Positions 25,643-35,748 of a stretch of DNA of 49,071 nucleotides are shown here, piece after piece. Made by a program: the position numbers and the translations under genes. Source of the DNA: a virus (taxonomy: Duplodnaviria; Caudoviricetes). A model generated the notes under the pieces. It saw only the letters and a list, made by a program, of their open reading frames with translations. It was not told the origin of the DNA and did not search any database. The stretch's first letter is position 1, and each line of letters begins with the position of its first letter. Location: IMG/VR virus record IMGVR_UViG_3300016472_000368, positions 1-49,071 of that record. The stretch is one strand, 5' to 3'.

Positions 25643-26706
25643 TAGTCAGTAACTTCGGTATTCAATGCTTCAACATAAAGTTCTCGCATTATTTTTTTCA
25701 GTTTATCATTTTCTACATCAAGTTCAAGCGCATCAATGTACTTTGAAAGGATAGTCATCGTATCTTCAGCCTGGTCAACAATGTCATCTTCGATCCGTGT
25801 GTCGGTAAAATCTTCAACAATGGCAATATCAGCACAAGAAGATTTATATAGGTTATCAATCACATGGTCAAATAGATATGGGTTTTGTTTATTGACTACA
25901 ACAACCTTCACATAAGTATTTGCATGATTACCATATTCATAGGCCTTCCAGAATTCAAAATTTGTTTCTGAATCATCATATACAATCTTATTGAACATCG
26001 TGTATGGGTTTACGGTAAACTCAAGTGACCTAGTTTCGGTGTCAAAAATATGAAAACCCTTTACATCATTGTAATCAGACCATGTCATTTCATAAGGTGT
26101 ACCAACATAAGTAATATTGCCATTGGTGGACTTGTGATGAAAATGGCCCGATAAAACCACATCATATCTCGATAAAATCTTTTCGTCAATACCTGTTTCA
26201 CAAATACTGCCTCTTTCCATTTCAAAACCCATAATTTCAAAATGGCCAAAACAAATATCCGATTTCGATGACTTAATTTTTTTAATTATATCGTTTTCAT
26301 TTTCATCACAAATCCATGGCACCACATCTATAAGTGTGCCGTCAAGTCCAATTGTTGTAAAATTTTGAATGACTTTAACATTTTTATAATCATTGATAAC
26401 CAAAGATGGTGAATTAACCTCTAAAGTATTTTTAAAAGCCATGTCGTGATTACCGATGAGTGTATACATTGTTATGTCATTTGCAACTAGTTCATCGAAA
26501 AAATACCTTCTCGCTAAAAAAAGAGAATTAAAATTGATAAACTTTCGGCGGTCAAATAAATCACCCATCTGAAAAATGGTTTTGATATTGTTTTCTTTCA
26601 AATATGGAAACAAAATGTTCTCATAAAATTTCTGAAAATACCGATGAAAGTCTAATGAATCCCCTCTAGCTCCAAAATGACAATCGCCGAGAATACAAAT
26701 TTTCAT
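25642..26706 (-). CDS. 47: Mre11/SbcD-like nuclease gp47
   Basis: GDCHFG, GDLFDRR, GNHD, GHFE, SGHFH. Confidence 0.97.
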   Translation of the reverse strand: MKICILGDCHFGARGDSLDFHRYFQKFYENILFPYLKENNIKTIFQMGDLFDRRKFINFNSLFLARRYFFDELVANDITMYTLIGNHDMAFKNTLEVNSPSLVINDYKNVKVIQNFTTIGLDGTLIDVVPWICDENENDIIKKIKSSKSDICFGHFEIMGFEMERGSICETGIDEKILSRYDVVLSGHFHHKSTNGNITYVGTPYEMTWSDYNDVKGFHIFDTETRSLEFTVNPYTMFNKIVYDDSETNFEFWKAYEYGNHANTYVKVVVVNKQNPYLFDHVIDNLYKSSCADIAIVEDFTDTRIEDDIVDQAEDTMTILSKYIDALELDVENDKLKKIMRELYVEALNTEVTD

Positions 26707-26879
26707 AGTTGTTTTTTAAGTTGTTCAATCTCATCTTTGATTTTAAGTTTTTTCTTTTTTAAATCAACAATCATCATTTGGTTTCGATGTGTATTTTCCA
26801 CACGAATAATTTCAGATTCAAACATTTCACGCCTTGATTCTAACACTGCAATACGATTTAAAATATCCTCATTATTCAT
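26703..26879 (-). CDS. DUF465/YdcH-like coiled-coil protein
   Basis: LKKKKLKIKDEI signature; probable start 26879 overlapping the gp55 end. Confidence 0.6.
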   Translation of the reverse strand: MNNEDILNRIAVLESRREMFESEIIRVENTHRNQMMIVDLKKKKLKIKDEIEQLKKQL

Positions 26880-27414
26880 CAATGTTTTCCTCCAGTTCTT
26901 CAATTAAATTATTTTTACTGCGCTTTTTGTTTCGTTTGTTTTCTTCAAATGTTTGTATGAATTCGGATATGTTATCGTATAATTGAAACTGCCTCATATT
27001 GCCATCCGAGTCTTCAAACATTTCAAATTCATCTAGTATACCAAAGTTTTCTGTGGCCTTATATTTAACATAAAGTTGTTTCTTTTCTTTCATAATACGG
27101 CGAAGAAAAGCATAATAGATAATCTGTGTGAAATAGGCAAACGGATTCTTTGATTTACTTGGATCAAAATTCTTAAAGTACATCAGGCAGTTTTCGATAC
27201 CATCCGAAATCATCTCATCACGGAAAGAATACGATACGAAATTTGGCTTGCGAGATAGATGATCAGCAATCTTTAGAAAACATTCACCGATATAATTAGG
27301 TATTGGTGGTTCAGACTTTTTTTCTTTTTCGGCAGTTTCACACAACTCTTTATAATCAGTAAGAGCCTTGAGGAAATCGGCATTGTTTATGTAATGGTTT
27401 GGTTTCTTTGTCAT
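26872..27414 (-). CDS. 55: Late-transcription sigma factor gp55
   Basis: HYINNADF, YIGECFLKIA, DEMISDGIENC, NPFAYFTQI; probable start 27414. Confidence 0.96.
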   Translation of the reverse strand: MTKKPNHYINNADFLKALTDYKELCETAEKEKKSEPPIPNYIGECFLKIADHLSRKPNFVSYSFRDEMISDGIENCLMYFKNFDPSKSKNPFAYFTQIIYYAFLRRIMKEKKQLYVKYKATENFGILDEFEMFEDSDGNMRQFQLYDNISEFIQTFEENKRNKKRSKNNLIEELEENIDE

Positions 27415-27423
27415 AGTTTTCAT

Positions 27424-27452
27424 AGTATACACATTCGTTGGTTGTATGTCAA
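27424..27452 (-). promoter_or_regulatory. Sigma70-type promoter TTGACA-17-TATACT for gp55
   Basis: Exact spacing; +1 predicted about 3 nt before ATG 27414. Confidence 0.7.
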
Positions 27453-27504
27453 TCTTTTATGTTATCTTTGCCTAATAGGCCCTTGTTTTTGCTCTTGACA
27501 AGTG

Positions 27505-27906
27505 TTACATTGGCGGTGTCCCGTTTGATGATAATTCTTTAGTTACCTTATCCAAAAGCTTCAATACTCTTTTACGATAGTCAAATCCTAACATTGAAGA
27601 CTTCGTACCAACATCATAAGGAGGCACTCTACCTTGAGATGTATATTGTTCAGATGTTATATCGATTCTTAAACCATTCTTATCAACTGCCCACCAATGC
27701 CAGATACCTTCATCATCAAGACCTCTCCAAAGACGGATCATTTTACTACCAAAGACCTTCTGAAGGCAAGCCGATGCTGTATGACAATGCCCAAATGTAG
27801 GGTTACTTTGATTTCTTTGCACCCATTTCTTAGGTAATAAATCCGGTGTTAAATTATTTCTTATAACTGAAGATACCAGTTTTAAATTTTGTTCATTGTA
27901 ATCCAT
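27505..27906 (-). CDS. YunG-like/transglutaminase-like protein
   Basis: NPTFGHC...VFG...WHWW...IDITSEQY, a Cys-His-Asp pattern. Confidence 0.5.
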   Translation of the reverse strand: MDYNEQNLKLVSSVIRNNLTPDLLPKKWVQRNQSNPTFGHCHTASACLQKVFGSKMIRLWRGLDDEGIWHWWAVDKNGLRIDITSEQYTSQGRVPPYDVGTKSSMLGFDYRKRVLKLLDKVTKELSSNGTPPM

Positions 27907-28322
27907 TAATGTAATCGATTCCTTTTAGATTCACGGAGAGATTCCAACATATCTTGTATTGTTTCATCATCAATCTCTTCCTCTTCTTCCTCTTCTTCAC
28001 CTTCTTGAGCCTTACGTTGAGCCTCATATTCTTCCACAGCATTATTATAATATTCAACAAATGATTTTTTAGGATCTACAACAGTAATTATATCGTCATA
28101 GTTAATGGTGGCTAAATTATCTTCAATGATTTCTAATGGTAACCAAGGCATCATATAGAGTGCTGTTTGACCAAGTGGTGGTGATGCTCTTTTAATAAAC
28201 ACTTTCATTGGATTTTCAATACTTACACAACCATGTTCGTCATCCATTAAACAAGAACCAACAATGTCCTCACCAGTGTTTAATCGTAAAATTTTTATTT
28301 GGAGTTCTAATAGTTCGGTCAT
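27906..28322 (-). CDS. Conserved T4-like protein downstream of uvsW with acidic tail
   Basis: IKILRLNTGEDIV, PWLP, poly-Glu; synteny. Confidence 0.7.
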   Translation of the reverse strand: MTELLELQIKILRLNTGEDIVGSCLMDDEHGCVSIENPMKVFIKRASPPLGQTALYMMPWLPLEIIEDNLATINYDDIITVVDPKKSFVEYYNNAVEEYEAQRKAQEGEEEEEEEEIDDETIQDMLESLRESKRNRLH

Positions 28323-29782
28323 GTTTTTAGCTCTATATTGTAGAATTTGTAATTGAATTTTTCGTCATCGTATATTTTCACTCTTTCGATAAAATGCTTA
28401 AGCGTATAGTTTGTATGCTTACCTAATCTTAGGTCATCAACAATATCGAACAAAGTGGCCTCTTTTTTGTTTTCACCAATACGGAGACCACGGCCTATCG
28501 ATTGAAGGTTGCGAACCCTGGATTTAGATGGTGAGGCGAAGACAATATTATGGAGATTGCGTATGTTAACCCCAGTGCTATAAACACCATAAGAAGCCAC
28601 AATAATAGCGTTAGATTCTTTTTCAGTGATTGAGCGAACCGATTCTCGTACTTCAACATCAGTTCCACCAAAAACGAAAAATGTATGCCTATCACTAGAA
28701 TGTTTTTGAATGAGGTCATATAGAATTTTACCATGCCTTTCTACTAGTTGGAACAAAACAAGAGTATTACCATTTAATGATAGCACTAAATTTTTAATAA
28801 ATTCATTGCGTTTAGAATTTGACACAATGTAATCTATTTCGGTTTGATAGTCCCATTTTCTACTTTCTTTACAAACAATTTTCGGATACTTCAATATCAA
28901 ACATTTTATTTTAAAATCAGCCAGTTGTTTTTTCTCAATCAATTCGGATGTAGAAGTTGATTGATATACCGGCCCAAATAAACCCTCAAGTACAAGGCGG
29001 TGTGTTTGTGTACCATCCAATGTACCTGTACAACCTATACGGTATTTAGAATGAATACAACTAGTCATAATTGTAGTGAGAGATTTAGCCTTGAATGAAT
29101 GTGCCTCATCGCCAATTACAAAATCAAACTGTTCAAAATATTCTTTAGGTTGTGTGTAGATGGATTGCCATGTGGAAATAAACAGAAACTTTTTGGCTTG
29201 CTTGTCACGGCCTTGGTGTATGGTATGACAGTTCTCTAATGAATCATAACCATACGATTCAAAATCTTTATTCATTTGTGTCACGAGGGAAATGTTTGGT
29301 ACAATTAAAAGACCACGTTTTAAATCTATCTCCTGAAAATATCGTATGATAAGATAAATGATAAGTGATTTACCGGAAGCCGTAGGAGAAACAAGCAACA
29401 TACGCCGATTTCTTATGGCGTGTATGAATGATTTGATTTGGTAGTCACGAGGCTCTAATGGTAGATTAAGTGACTGTATAAACTCGGTGGTTTCCTTTAA
29501 TGATAGTTCGTCAACAACATTTAAATTATCATGGATATTTAATTGATAGTTTCTTTCTTTGGCAAACTTTTCAATGTAAGGTAGAAGACCACGATATATG
29601 GTATTGTCTTTTAACGAAAAAAGTTTTATGTAACCATCCCAAATTTTATTTTTATAAGCCGGCGTGAATTGATACCCTGGAACTCGAAAAGAAAAGTATT
29701 CGTTTAATTCTTGAGCATAGTGTTTTTCACATTCAACTTTTATGTAAGCCTCATTTAATACATGTAATGTTATATCACTCAT
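28319..29782 (-). CDS. uvsW: SF2 helicase UvsW
   Basis: PRDYQ, SPTASGKS, GDEAH, TGT, QSIGRGLR. Confidence 0.97.
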   Translation of the reverse strand: MSDITLHVLNEAYIKVECEKHYAQELNEYFSFRVPGYQFTPAYKNKIWDGYIKLFSLKDNTIYRGLLPYIEKFAKERNYQLNIHDNLNVVDELSLKETTEFIQSLNLPLEPRDYQIKSFIHAIRNRRMLLVSPTASGKSLIIYLIIRYFQEIDLKRGLLIVPNISLVTQMNKDFESYGYDSLENCHTIHQGRDKQAKKFLFISTWQSIYTQPKEYFEQFDFVIGDEAHSFKAKSLTTIMTSCIHSKYRIGCTGTLDGTQTHRLVLEGLFGPVYQSTSTSELIEKKQLADFKIKCLILKYPKIVCKESRKWDYQTEIDYIVSNSKRNEFIKNLVLSLNGNTLVLFQLVERHGKILYDLIQKHSSDRHTFFVFGGTDVEVRESVRSITEKESNAIIVASYGVYSTGVNIRNLHNIVFASPSKSRVRNLQSIGRGLRIGENKKEATLFDIVDDLRLGKHTNYTLKHFIERVKIYDDEKFNYKFYNIELKT

Positions 29783-29790
29783 TTAATTGT

Positions 29791-30225
29791 TTATATTCCG
29801 TTTATAAACTTTTCATATTCTATAAAGCCTCTTAACTGATATGTGCGAGAGTGTAGTTCTTTCAATATAGAATTACAAACTTCAACAATTTCTTCATGTA
29901 ACCTTTTTTGAGCCAAATAACGATTCATATCTTCATCGGCTTCCATATATGTAGTAATGTCGGATTTGAGCACATACGGAAATGGCTCCCATCCATGTTT
30001 CTTTAAATCATTCTCGTCTAATTTACCAGTATAGTATTCCCACTTGATCTTTTTCATTCGGTTATATTTAAATTCACAGTCACGGATCAGTAGACGGTGA
30101 TTTGAAAGTATGTTAAGATACTTGCTATGAAGTTTGGGAATATCCAGAAGGGCTTTACCTGGTTCGGTACGGTCAATCTCAGAATCTTTTGCCCACATGT
30201 CCAATAAATCATCAAGTTTACTCAT
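29791..30225 (-). CDS. uvsY: Recombination mediator UvsY
   Basis: DSEID, IPKLHSKY, WEYYTGK; synteny; AGGAGG SD. Confidence 0.92.
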   Translation of the reverse strand: MSKLDDLLDMWAKDSEIDRTEPGKALLDIPKLHSKYLNILSNHRLLIRDCEFKYNRMKKIKWEYYTGKLDENDLKKHGWEPFPYVLKSDITTYMEADEDMNRYLAQKRLHEEIVEVCNSILKELHSRTYQLRGFIEYEKFINGI

Positions 30226-30246
30226 TTCAAATCCTCCTATACGGAG

Positions 30247-30275
30247 ATTATATCATAAAAATTATTCTGGTACAA
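30247..30275 (-). promoter_or_regulatory. Sigma70-type promoter for uvsY (TTGTAC-17-TATAAT, extended -10 TG)
   Basis: TGATATAAT plus a correctly spaced -35-like hexamer. Confidence 0.55.
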
Positions 30276-30792
30276 CTAGGTCGTATAAAGAATACCGAAA
30301 TGTTGCGTCTGAGGTAATGATGCTATCTGGACTATCTGTAGAAGACATGACAAAAGAGCCAATAGAAATGGGAAATACATCATAAAATTTAAAATCAAGT
30401 ATTGGATTATTTGCCGAAGAAAGAAGTGTAAGTGTAGCATCTGAGTATTGAGGCTGACCTTTTTGATTATAAGGATTTAAATTTGCCAATGAACGATACT
30501 CAGCATAAGAATATGGAAAAGTCATCGCACGAATCCAATCGTGTATCTCACGCCATGATTCCAATTTCTCATCAACCATAAAAGTAATATTTAAAACGTC
30601 ATACACAGACTTTTCACCGGGCACATAGAGTTCTACAAAAGGGTTTGTTTGTGGAACTTCTGTGGTTGAAATACCAGGGACTGTAACTGTCTGGCAAAAA
30701 TAACGAAGAGCTGGAGCCCTTGTAAAGTTCAACATAAACTTATTGGGCTGAAGAAAATTAGGGTTGGTTGGATTTCGTGTAAATGCAGTCAT
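30262..30792 (-). CDS. 3: Tail tube terminator/completion protein gp3
   Basis: NFLQPNKF, FCQTVTVPG, FMVDE, YSDATL, FPISIG; synteny. Confidence 0.88.
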   Translation of the reverse strand: MTAFTRNPTNPNFLQPNKFMLNFTRAPALRYFCQTVTVPGISTTEVPQTNPFVELYVPGEKSVYDVLNITFMVDEKLESWREIHDWIRAMTFPYSYAEYRSLANLNPYNQKGQPQYSDATLTLLSSANNPILDFKFYDVFPISIGSFVMSSTDSPDSIITSDATFRYSLYDLVVPE

Positions 30793-30797
30793 AAAAG

Positions 30798-30805
30798 TAT
30801 TTATC
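30798..30805 (-). promoter_or_regulatory. Late-promoter variant GATAAATA for gp3
   Basis: Directly after the gp23 terminator, 5 nt before the ATG. Confidence 0.55.
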
Positions 30806-30807
30806 TA

Positions 30808-30838
30808 TAAAAAAAGAGGGACATTTCTGTCCCTCTTA
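30808..30838 (-). terminator. Terminator after the major capsid gene
   Basis: AAGAGGGACA-GAAA-TGTCCCTCTT plus T-run. Confidence 0.85.
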
Positions 30839-30862
30839 AGAACCCTCTTAGTGGGGCTTATA

Positions 30863-32212
30863 TTACATGAGGTTCGATATTTTAAAAGCTCTGTAATACA
30901 CATTCGCAAGGTTGGTAAGAGCGCCAGTGCCTTGCACAGTGCCTTCAGCAAATGGGTTAGCAACAAGACCGTAACGAGTTTTGAAACCAATCTTTGGCTG
31001 GAATGTACCAGTATCTACAGCACGAACCATTTGCAAAGGAACATAAGGGCAATAGAAAATGCCAGCGTCATAAGCATTCGAACCCTTATAACCAACAACT
31101 GCAAATTCAGAAGTGGAACCTGCTGGGAAATATGGGTCGATGTAAACTTTAACACGACCAAACATTGTGCCAGCGAATGTATTACCTGTGTCATCAACTG
31201 TCAGGTTAACTTGCGACTGAAGTGCCGAATTGTAATCAAGAATGCCCGCCATGGCAAGAGCAGAAGCAACATCTGACGAACAAATCATGATGTTACCTTT
31301 ACCACGACGAGTTTGCTTGGCGATAGTATTCGCTTCACGCTCGATTTGAAAGGCAAGACCTTTAACCTTTTCAACCATCCAGCGGCCGTTAGAATCCGTG
31401 TCAAGGTTAAATGTGCCAGCAGTTGTAGTACCGACTTGAGCGCCAGTCTTAGCAACAGCATAAACTGTACGGATAACTTCACGGTTGATTTCAGCAAGAA
31501 TCTCTGAAGAAAGAATGTTGCTCAACTCTGTTTCAGCATCAAGACCGTGGACTGCCTTAAGATCCTGTGCGAGTTCGATTGAGTATTCTGCCTTAAGAGC
31601 ACGAGTTTTAGCAGTCACAGTAACTTTTTCGATACTGAATGCCATCTCTTGAAAAGTGTTAGAAGCATCACCGAGAGCTTCAGCGCGAGCTGTTGACATA
31701 GCGGCAACACCTGCACCGTTAGCAACGAAAGTATTAGCAACGGCACCACCAATAGCAAGAGCTGTTTGTGCGGTACCAAGACCTGCAAAACCGGTGTTTG
31801 CCTCATCATAAAAAGCTTCTGTGCCACTTGTTTGTGTGCTATATCGTGTACGCATAGCAAAAATAAGACCAGTAGGACCAGTCATTGGTTGAACACCACA
31901 AATATCATATGCAATTAAGTTGGGAAGAGAACGGCGAACCAATGAGATAAGAATTGGATCAAAACCAGCAACTGGACCTGTTGCAGTGGCGCCCGCTGAA
32001 AAACCAGTTGCGCCACCAGCACCAAGACCTGCCGATGCCGACATTGTGGGTACAGCTTCATGAAGCATACCTGCTGCCTTTTGCATTTCTTGAGCTTGAT
32101 TTTCAAGAATAACAGCAGTAACCGCCCTACGATATGGATCTTTAATGGCAGGGAGGTCTGGATGATCTAACACCCCTGCCCATTTAGATTGAAGTTGTTC
32201 GGAAAGATACAT
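30863..32212 (-). CDS. 23: Major capsid protein gp23
   Basis: LIAYDICGVQPMTGPTGLIFAMR, ELAQDLKAVHGLDAE, FQPKIGFKTRYG. Confidence 0.99.
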   Translation of the reverse strand: MYLSEQLQSKWAGVLDHPDLPAIKDPYRRAVTAVILENQAQEMQKAAGMLHEAVPTMSASAGLGAGGATGFSAGATATGPVAGFDPILISLVRRSLPNLIAYDICGVQPMTGPTGLIFAMRTRYSTQTSGTEAFYDEANTGFAGLGTAQTALAIGGAVANTFVANGAGVAAMSTARAEALGDASNTFQEMAFSIEKVTVTAKTRALKAEYSIELAQDLKAVHGLDAETELSNILSSEILAEINREVIRTVYAVAKTGAQVGTTTAGTFNLDTDSNGRWMVEKVKGLAFQIEREANTIAKQTRRGKGNIMICSSDVASALAMAGILDYNSALQSQVNLTVDDTGNTFAGTMFGRVKVYIDPYFPAGSTSEFAVVGYKGSNAYDAGIFYCPYVPLQMVRAVDTGTFQPKIGFKTRYGLVANPFAEGTVQGTGALTNLANVYYRAFKISNLM

Positions 32213-32233
32213 GAAAATCTCCTTGATTTTTTA

Positions 32234-33298
32234 TTATTGTAGTTTTGTTTTTGAAATAGCCTGCGAGACAGCAGCAACGAATGGGTCAGTAATTAAAACC
32301 TTCTTTTCGTCAGCGTCATCTACTTGTTCATGTAATTGTGAAACATGGGCTTTTTTCATACTGGACGGAAAATAATTTTCACGAATTGTTTCAAGTTTAT
32401 TTGTGTATTCTTCCTCTGTGGAAAATTCAACACTCTCTGCGAGCGATTTAATTTTTTCAACTTGAGTGGCAGTAAGGCCCTCACACACAACATGAGTGAT
32501 TTCTTGTTTGTAAGATTCAATCAAAGCTTTTTTCAATTCAATATTGAATTCAATTTCTTCGTTAAGTTTACCTTCAAGCTCTTCGACTTTACCAGCAAGC
32601 TCGTCAACGAGGTCAACTTTTTCTGTTGGAACATCAATATAATGTTCAGCAAATAAGTTACGAAGACCGACAATGAATTCTTCAGTTAATTCAGCACGAA
32701 GACCCGATTCGATAGCAATTTCGTTTTGCTCAACCCATTGTTCAACAACATAAGAAAGGTAGTCATCAACCTTCTCGGTCAAGTCTTTTTTAATGTCTTC
32801 AACGGCTTCTTCAAGCACGGCTGCATATTCGGCTTCAAGTTCTTCTTGAATTTGTGACACACGATCAAAAACACGGGCTTCGAAAATTGTAGCGGCCTTA
32901 GTTTTGAAGTCTTCAGAAATTGTAGAATCGTCTGCAAAAAGCGCATCAACGTCTTCTTTTATTTTCTTTTTCATTTTGTCCATGTGCGTTTTTTCATCTA
33001 AAACTTCATCTTCTTCTTCACCATCTTCTGTTTCTTCTTTGTTCATACGAAGTTGAGTGTCTGGTGATGCAGCTGATGGTTTTGTGGAAATACTGGCTTT
33101 GTTTTTAGCAGAATTATCCGGTGCCTTTGCAGCAGCATGAATCTTTGTCGAGTCATCTGTCGAACGAAAATTTTGTGGCGTAGGACCACCTAGGTCTTCT
33201 TGTTCGCCTGGTAGTTTTTCGGGTGGCATAGCAGTAGCCCTAGACTTGCTTCCCGCAAGAATATCAGCAGCTGCTTCCATTAATTTACTTGATGCCAT
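32234..33298 (-). CDS. 22: Prohead core scaffold gp22
   Basis: FKTKAATIFEA, VDDYLSYVVEQW, acidic coiled coil; synteny. Confidence 0.93.
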   Translation of the reverse strand: MASSKLMEAAADILAGSKSRATAMPPEKLPGEQEDLGGPTPQNFRSTDDSTKIHAAAKAPDNSAKNKASISTKPSAASPDTQLRMNKEETEDGEEEDEVLDEKTHMDKMKKKIKEDVDALFADDSTISEDFKTKAATIFEARVFDRVSQIQEELEAEYAAVLEEAVEDIKKDLTEKVDDYLSYVVEQWVEQNEIAIESGLRAELTEEFIVGLRNLFAEHYIDVPTEKVDLVDELAGKVEELEGKLNEEIEFNIELKKALIESYKQEITHVVCEGLTATQVEKIKSLAESVEFSTEEEYTNKLETIRENYFPSSMKKAHVSQLHEQVDDADEKKVLITDPFVAAVSQAISKTKLQ

Positions 33299-33320
33299 TA
33301 GGAATCTCCTTATGATTTTC

Positions 33321-33328
33321 TATTTATA
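33321..33328 (-). promoter_or_regulatory. Late promoter TATAAATA for gp22-gp23
   Basis: Perfect consensus followed by AAGGAG SD. Confidence 0.8.
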
Positions 33329-33332
33329 AAAA

Positions 33333-33983
33333 TTAAAGTTTTCGCAGGTAATTTTCAAATAATTTTAAAGCAACTTCTTCTATTTGTTTGGAAGATGCTT
33401 GTTTGATTTGTTTTTTAGCATAATCAAAATTGGCTTCAACAAACTTACCATCAACAAACATCCATTCCTTGTTTTCCACAATCCCTTGAACAAAGGCGCC
33501 TGGTGCCGATGGATCCGCAACAATGTCAGCAGCTGTAGCCAATTTTAAATCATCTTGCACTAAATTATACCCTTCTTTTGTTTGAACGACTGAACCTAAA
33601 GCTCTTGAAGAAACACCAATACTTACATCATTTTCAATAAAGTTTTTAACAATTTGACCATAAGGAGTTTCAAGAATTAAGGCCTTACCATAGAATGTAT
33701 TGCCATCTTCAGCAAGAGACAAAATCTTATGTGATACTCTTTCTAAATTTAAAGTTGGAGTGTCTGGATGACCTAATTCACCAAGCGCACGATTTGTTTT
33801 AATGTATTCTTCATTATAACGACCAACTTCTCGGCGAAGAGTATCCATTTTGTACATACGATTATTACGATTTACTGTATCACCAACAAGAAAGGTGCCT
33901 TCGATGTATAGGCGTTTTTTACCATTTTCTGTAGTTTCACTGAGGCATTTTACATGCTCAATGGTTTCTCTGATTAATTTCAT
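33333..33983 (-). CDS. 21: Prohead protease gp21
   Basis: NRNNRMY, ALGELGHP, GVSSRALGS, DIVADPSAP. Confidence 0.97.
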   Translation of the reverse strand: MKLIRETIEHVKCLSETTENGKKRLYIEGTFLVGDTVNRNNRMYKMDTLRREVGRYNEEYIKTNRALGELGHPDTPTLNLERVSHKILSLAEDGNTFYGKALILETPYGQIVKNFIENDVSIGVSSRALGSVVQTKEGYNLVQDDLKLATAADIVADPSAPGAFVQGIVENKEWMFVDGKFVEANFDYAKKQIKQASSKQIEEVALKLFENYLRKL

Positions 33984-33984
33984 T

Positions 33985-34335
33985 TTACATTTCCGTTAAT
34001 ACGTTAGCATAAGATGCCACTTTTGTAACTTCTAAGACGATTGAACCGCCAGTATTAATTGTAACAACGATACTTGATGTATCATTGTTTGCTATAGAGT
34101 GATTAAGTTCATCAAGCATCATTGTGCCAGAATTGTGTAACATTAATATTGGCACAGAATTTCTTACGATTTGAATATTACCATTTGTAGACCAAGTTAA
34201 CCTCCGTATGCTAGCGGAAGAAACAGTTTCATTAGCATTAAATGCTAAATTAGCTAATGAAATTGTCTCTGCGCCAGAATTAACAACTCTGATAATTGAG
34301 GCGGATCTTTGTGTATTTGTTATTTCAAATGGCAT
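33985..34335 (-). CDS. Hypothetical beta-rich virion protein
   Basis: 116 aa, S/T/N-rich, within the head operon. Confidence 0.6.
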   Translation of the reverse strand: MPFEITNTQRSASIIRVVNSGAETISLANLAFNANETVSSASIRRLTWSTNGNIQIVRNSVPILMLHNSGTMMLDELNHSIANNDTSSIVVTINTGGSIVLEVTKVASYANVLTEM

Positions 34336-34336
34336 T

Positions 34337-34774
34337 TTATCTTAATCCTATTGAAGCTCTTCTACGCATGGACATTTTTCGTTTCATTAATGTTCTTCGC
34401 AATTGAGCTCTTCTTGTTGTTTTCCATGATTGTCTAAGTTTTCTTGCTTTTTGTAACCTTTGGGCCGCAGGTATTCTTTTCAGTGTATTACCTGATATTC
34501 GGTACCCTTTAACACCAGAACGTTTAACATTCTTTTGTATTACAATTTTACCTTTAGCATTTCTTCGTATTCTGCGGCGAATCTTTTGTATACGACCCAT
34601 GCGAACAATGTTTGTGTTCCTACGAACAGCCTCATCAAATATTTCAAAACGGTCGCCGACAACATTTTTTTTAATACTCTGTAGTTTGTCTTTAATAATT
34701 TCGTTTAAGCGTTGAAACAATAACTTTCTTGCACTCTCCAAATTACCTTCAATTAAATTGTCTAAAAAATTCAT
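34337..34774 (-). CDS. Basic prohead core protein (gp68-like)
   Basis: Very Arg/Lys-rich C-terminal part ending RKMSMRRRASIGL; position between gp67 and gp21. Confidence 0.65.
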   Translation of the reverse strand: MNFLDNLIEGNLESARKLLFQRLNEIIKDKLQSIKKNVVGDRFEIFDEAVRRNTNIVRMGRIQKIRRRIRRNAKGKIVIQKNVKRSGVKGYRISGNTLKRIPAAQRLQKARKLRQSWKTTRRAQLRRTLMKRKMSMRRRASIGLR

Positions 34775-35538
34775 TTGATTTTTGATAAAGCAAAACTGGC
34801 AACTTTATTGAAATGTTCAGGTCCCTTCTCAATCATCTCAGAAATTTTTAATTTGTTTTCTTCATTCAACGAGGCATATACTTTTAATATTGCATCAGCC
34901 ACAGGGTACTCAATTGTAACGTCTTGATTTTCGCCATATGAAATTATCTGAGGTTCTTTATTTTCTATGACAAATTCTAATACGGACATTATAGTTTCTT
35001 CAGCCTGCACAACACCTCTTTGATTTTCTTCGGTAGAATATGGTACCGAAAAATACTTATTAAGTTTATCACTGTAATATAATGCGATTCTTGTAGAGCC
35101 TGGATAAAGACGAATGGCTTTCCGCTTCAATACAAGAACAAAAGGTGGGTCAAACTTGGTCAATTCTTCTTTAAGGTTCTCTTTCTCATCAGTTTTTGAA
35201 ATAATAATACGATGAGCCTTATATTTTTTACCTGTTATTGGTGAAACTTTAAAGTCAGAGGCATCAATAACCCCCTCATTAACCGAACGGCGTGCTTGGG
35301 AGAAGATTTGCTTGTTTGAAGTAAGCAAATCCACCATCTTATTGAAAAGATTTTGCAGTATCATTCGGTCGGCGTTATTAAAAGATGGTTTATCCTCTTG
35401 CATCTTGTCAAGGATGTTATGTATTCTTTGTAACTGTGCCTTGTTAGCTAAACCAGCACGAACTAAGGCGTCAAACTTAGAATAGTCTGACTTTTCTTCC
35501 GTGAAAGGTTCTTGCCTAAACTCAGTTAAACTTTTCAT
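34771..35538 (-). CDS. Hypothetical head-associated protein
   Basis: Within the head operon; N-terminus MKSLTEFRQE resembles a capsid-targeting sequence. Confidence 0.6.
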   Translation of the reverse strand: MKSLTEFRQEPFTEEKSDYSKFDALVRAGLANKAQLQRIHNILDKMQEDKPSFNNADRMILQNLFNKMVDLLTSNKQIFSQARRSVNEGVIDASDFKVSPITGKKYKAHRIIISKTDEKENLKEELTKFDPPFVLVLKRKAIRLYPGSTRIALYYSDKLNKYFSVPYSTEENQRGVVQAEETIMSVLEFVIENKEPQIISYGENQDVTIEYPVADAILKVYASLNEENKLKISEMIEKGPEHFNKVASFALSKIK

Positions 35539-35732
35539 TCAGTTTCTTGTACTTCATCTTCTTCTTCGGTTTCGTTTTCTTCCGGTTGTCCGCCAAAGAT
35601 ACCTGCAGCCATTTCTCTTTTATATGCGTCAAGAGTTTCAAAAGCTTTACTCGAAATTACATTTTCAAGTGTTTCTTTTGCTAAAGCATTTTCGCCGGCT
35701 GTAAGTTGATCTATAAATTGTCTTGTTGTCAT
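35535..35732 (-). CDS. Small acidic prohead core protein (gp67-like)
   Basis: 65 aa, Glu-rich tail, immediately after the portal gene. Confidence 0.7.
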   Translation of the reverse strand: MTTRQFIDQLTAGENALAKETLENVISSKAFETLDAYKREMAAGIFGGQPEENETEEEDEVQETE

Positions 35733-35748
35733 ATTGCACCTTTATTAA

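Noticed and set aside
27495-27525. Plus-strand TTGACA near the gp55 promoter
   Set aside because: No -10 hexamer at 16-18 bp spacing
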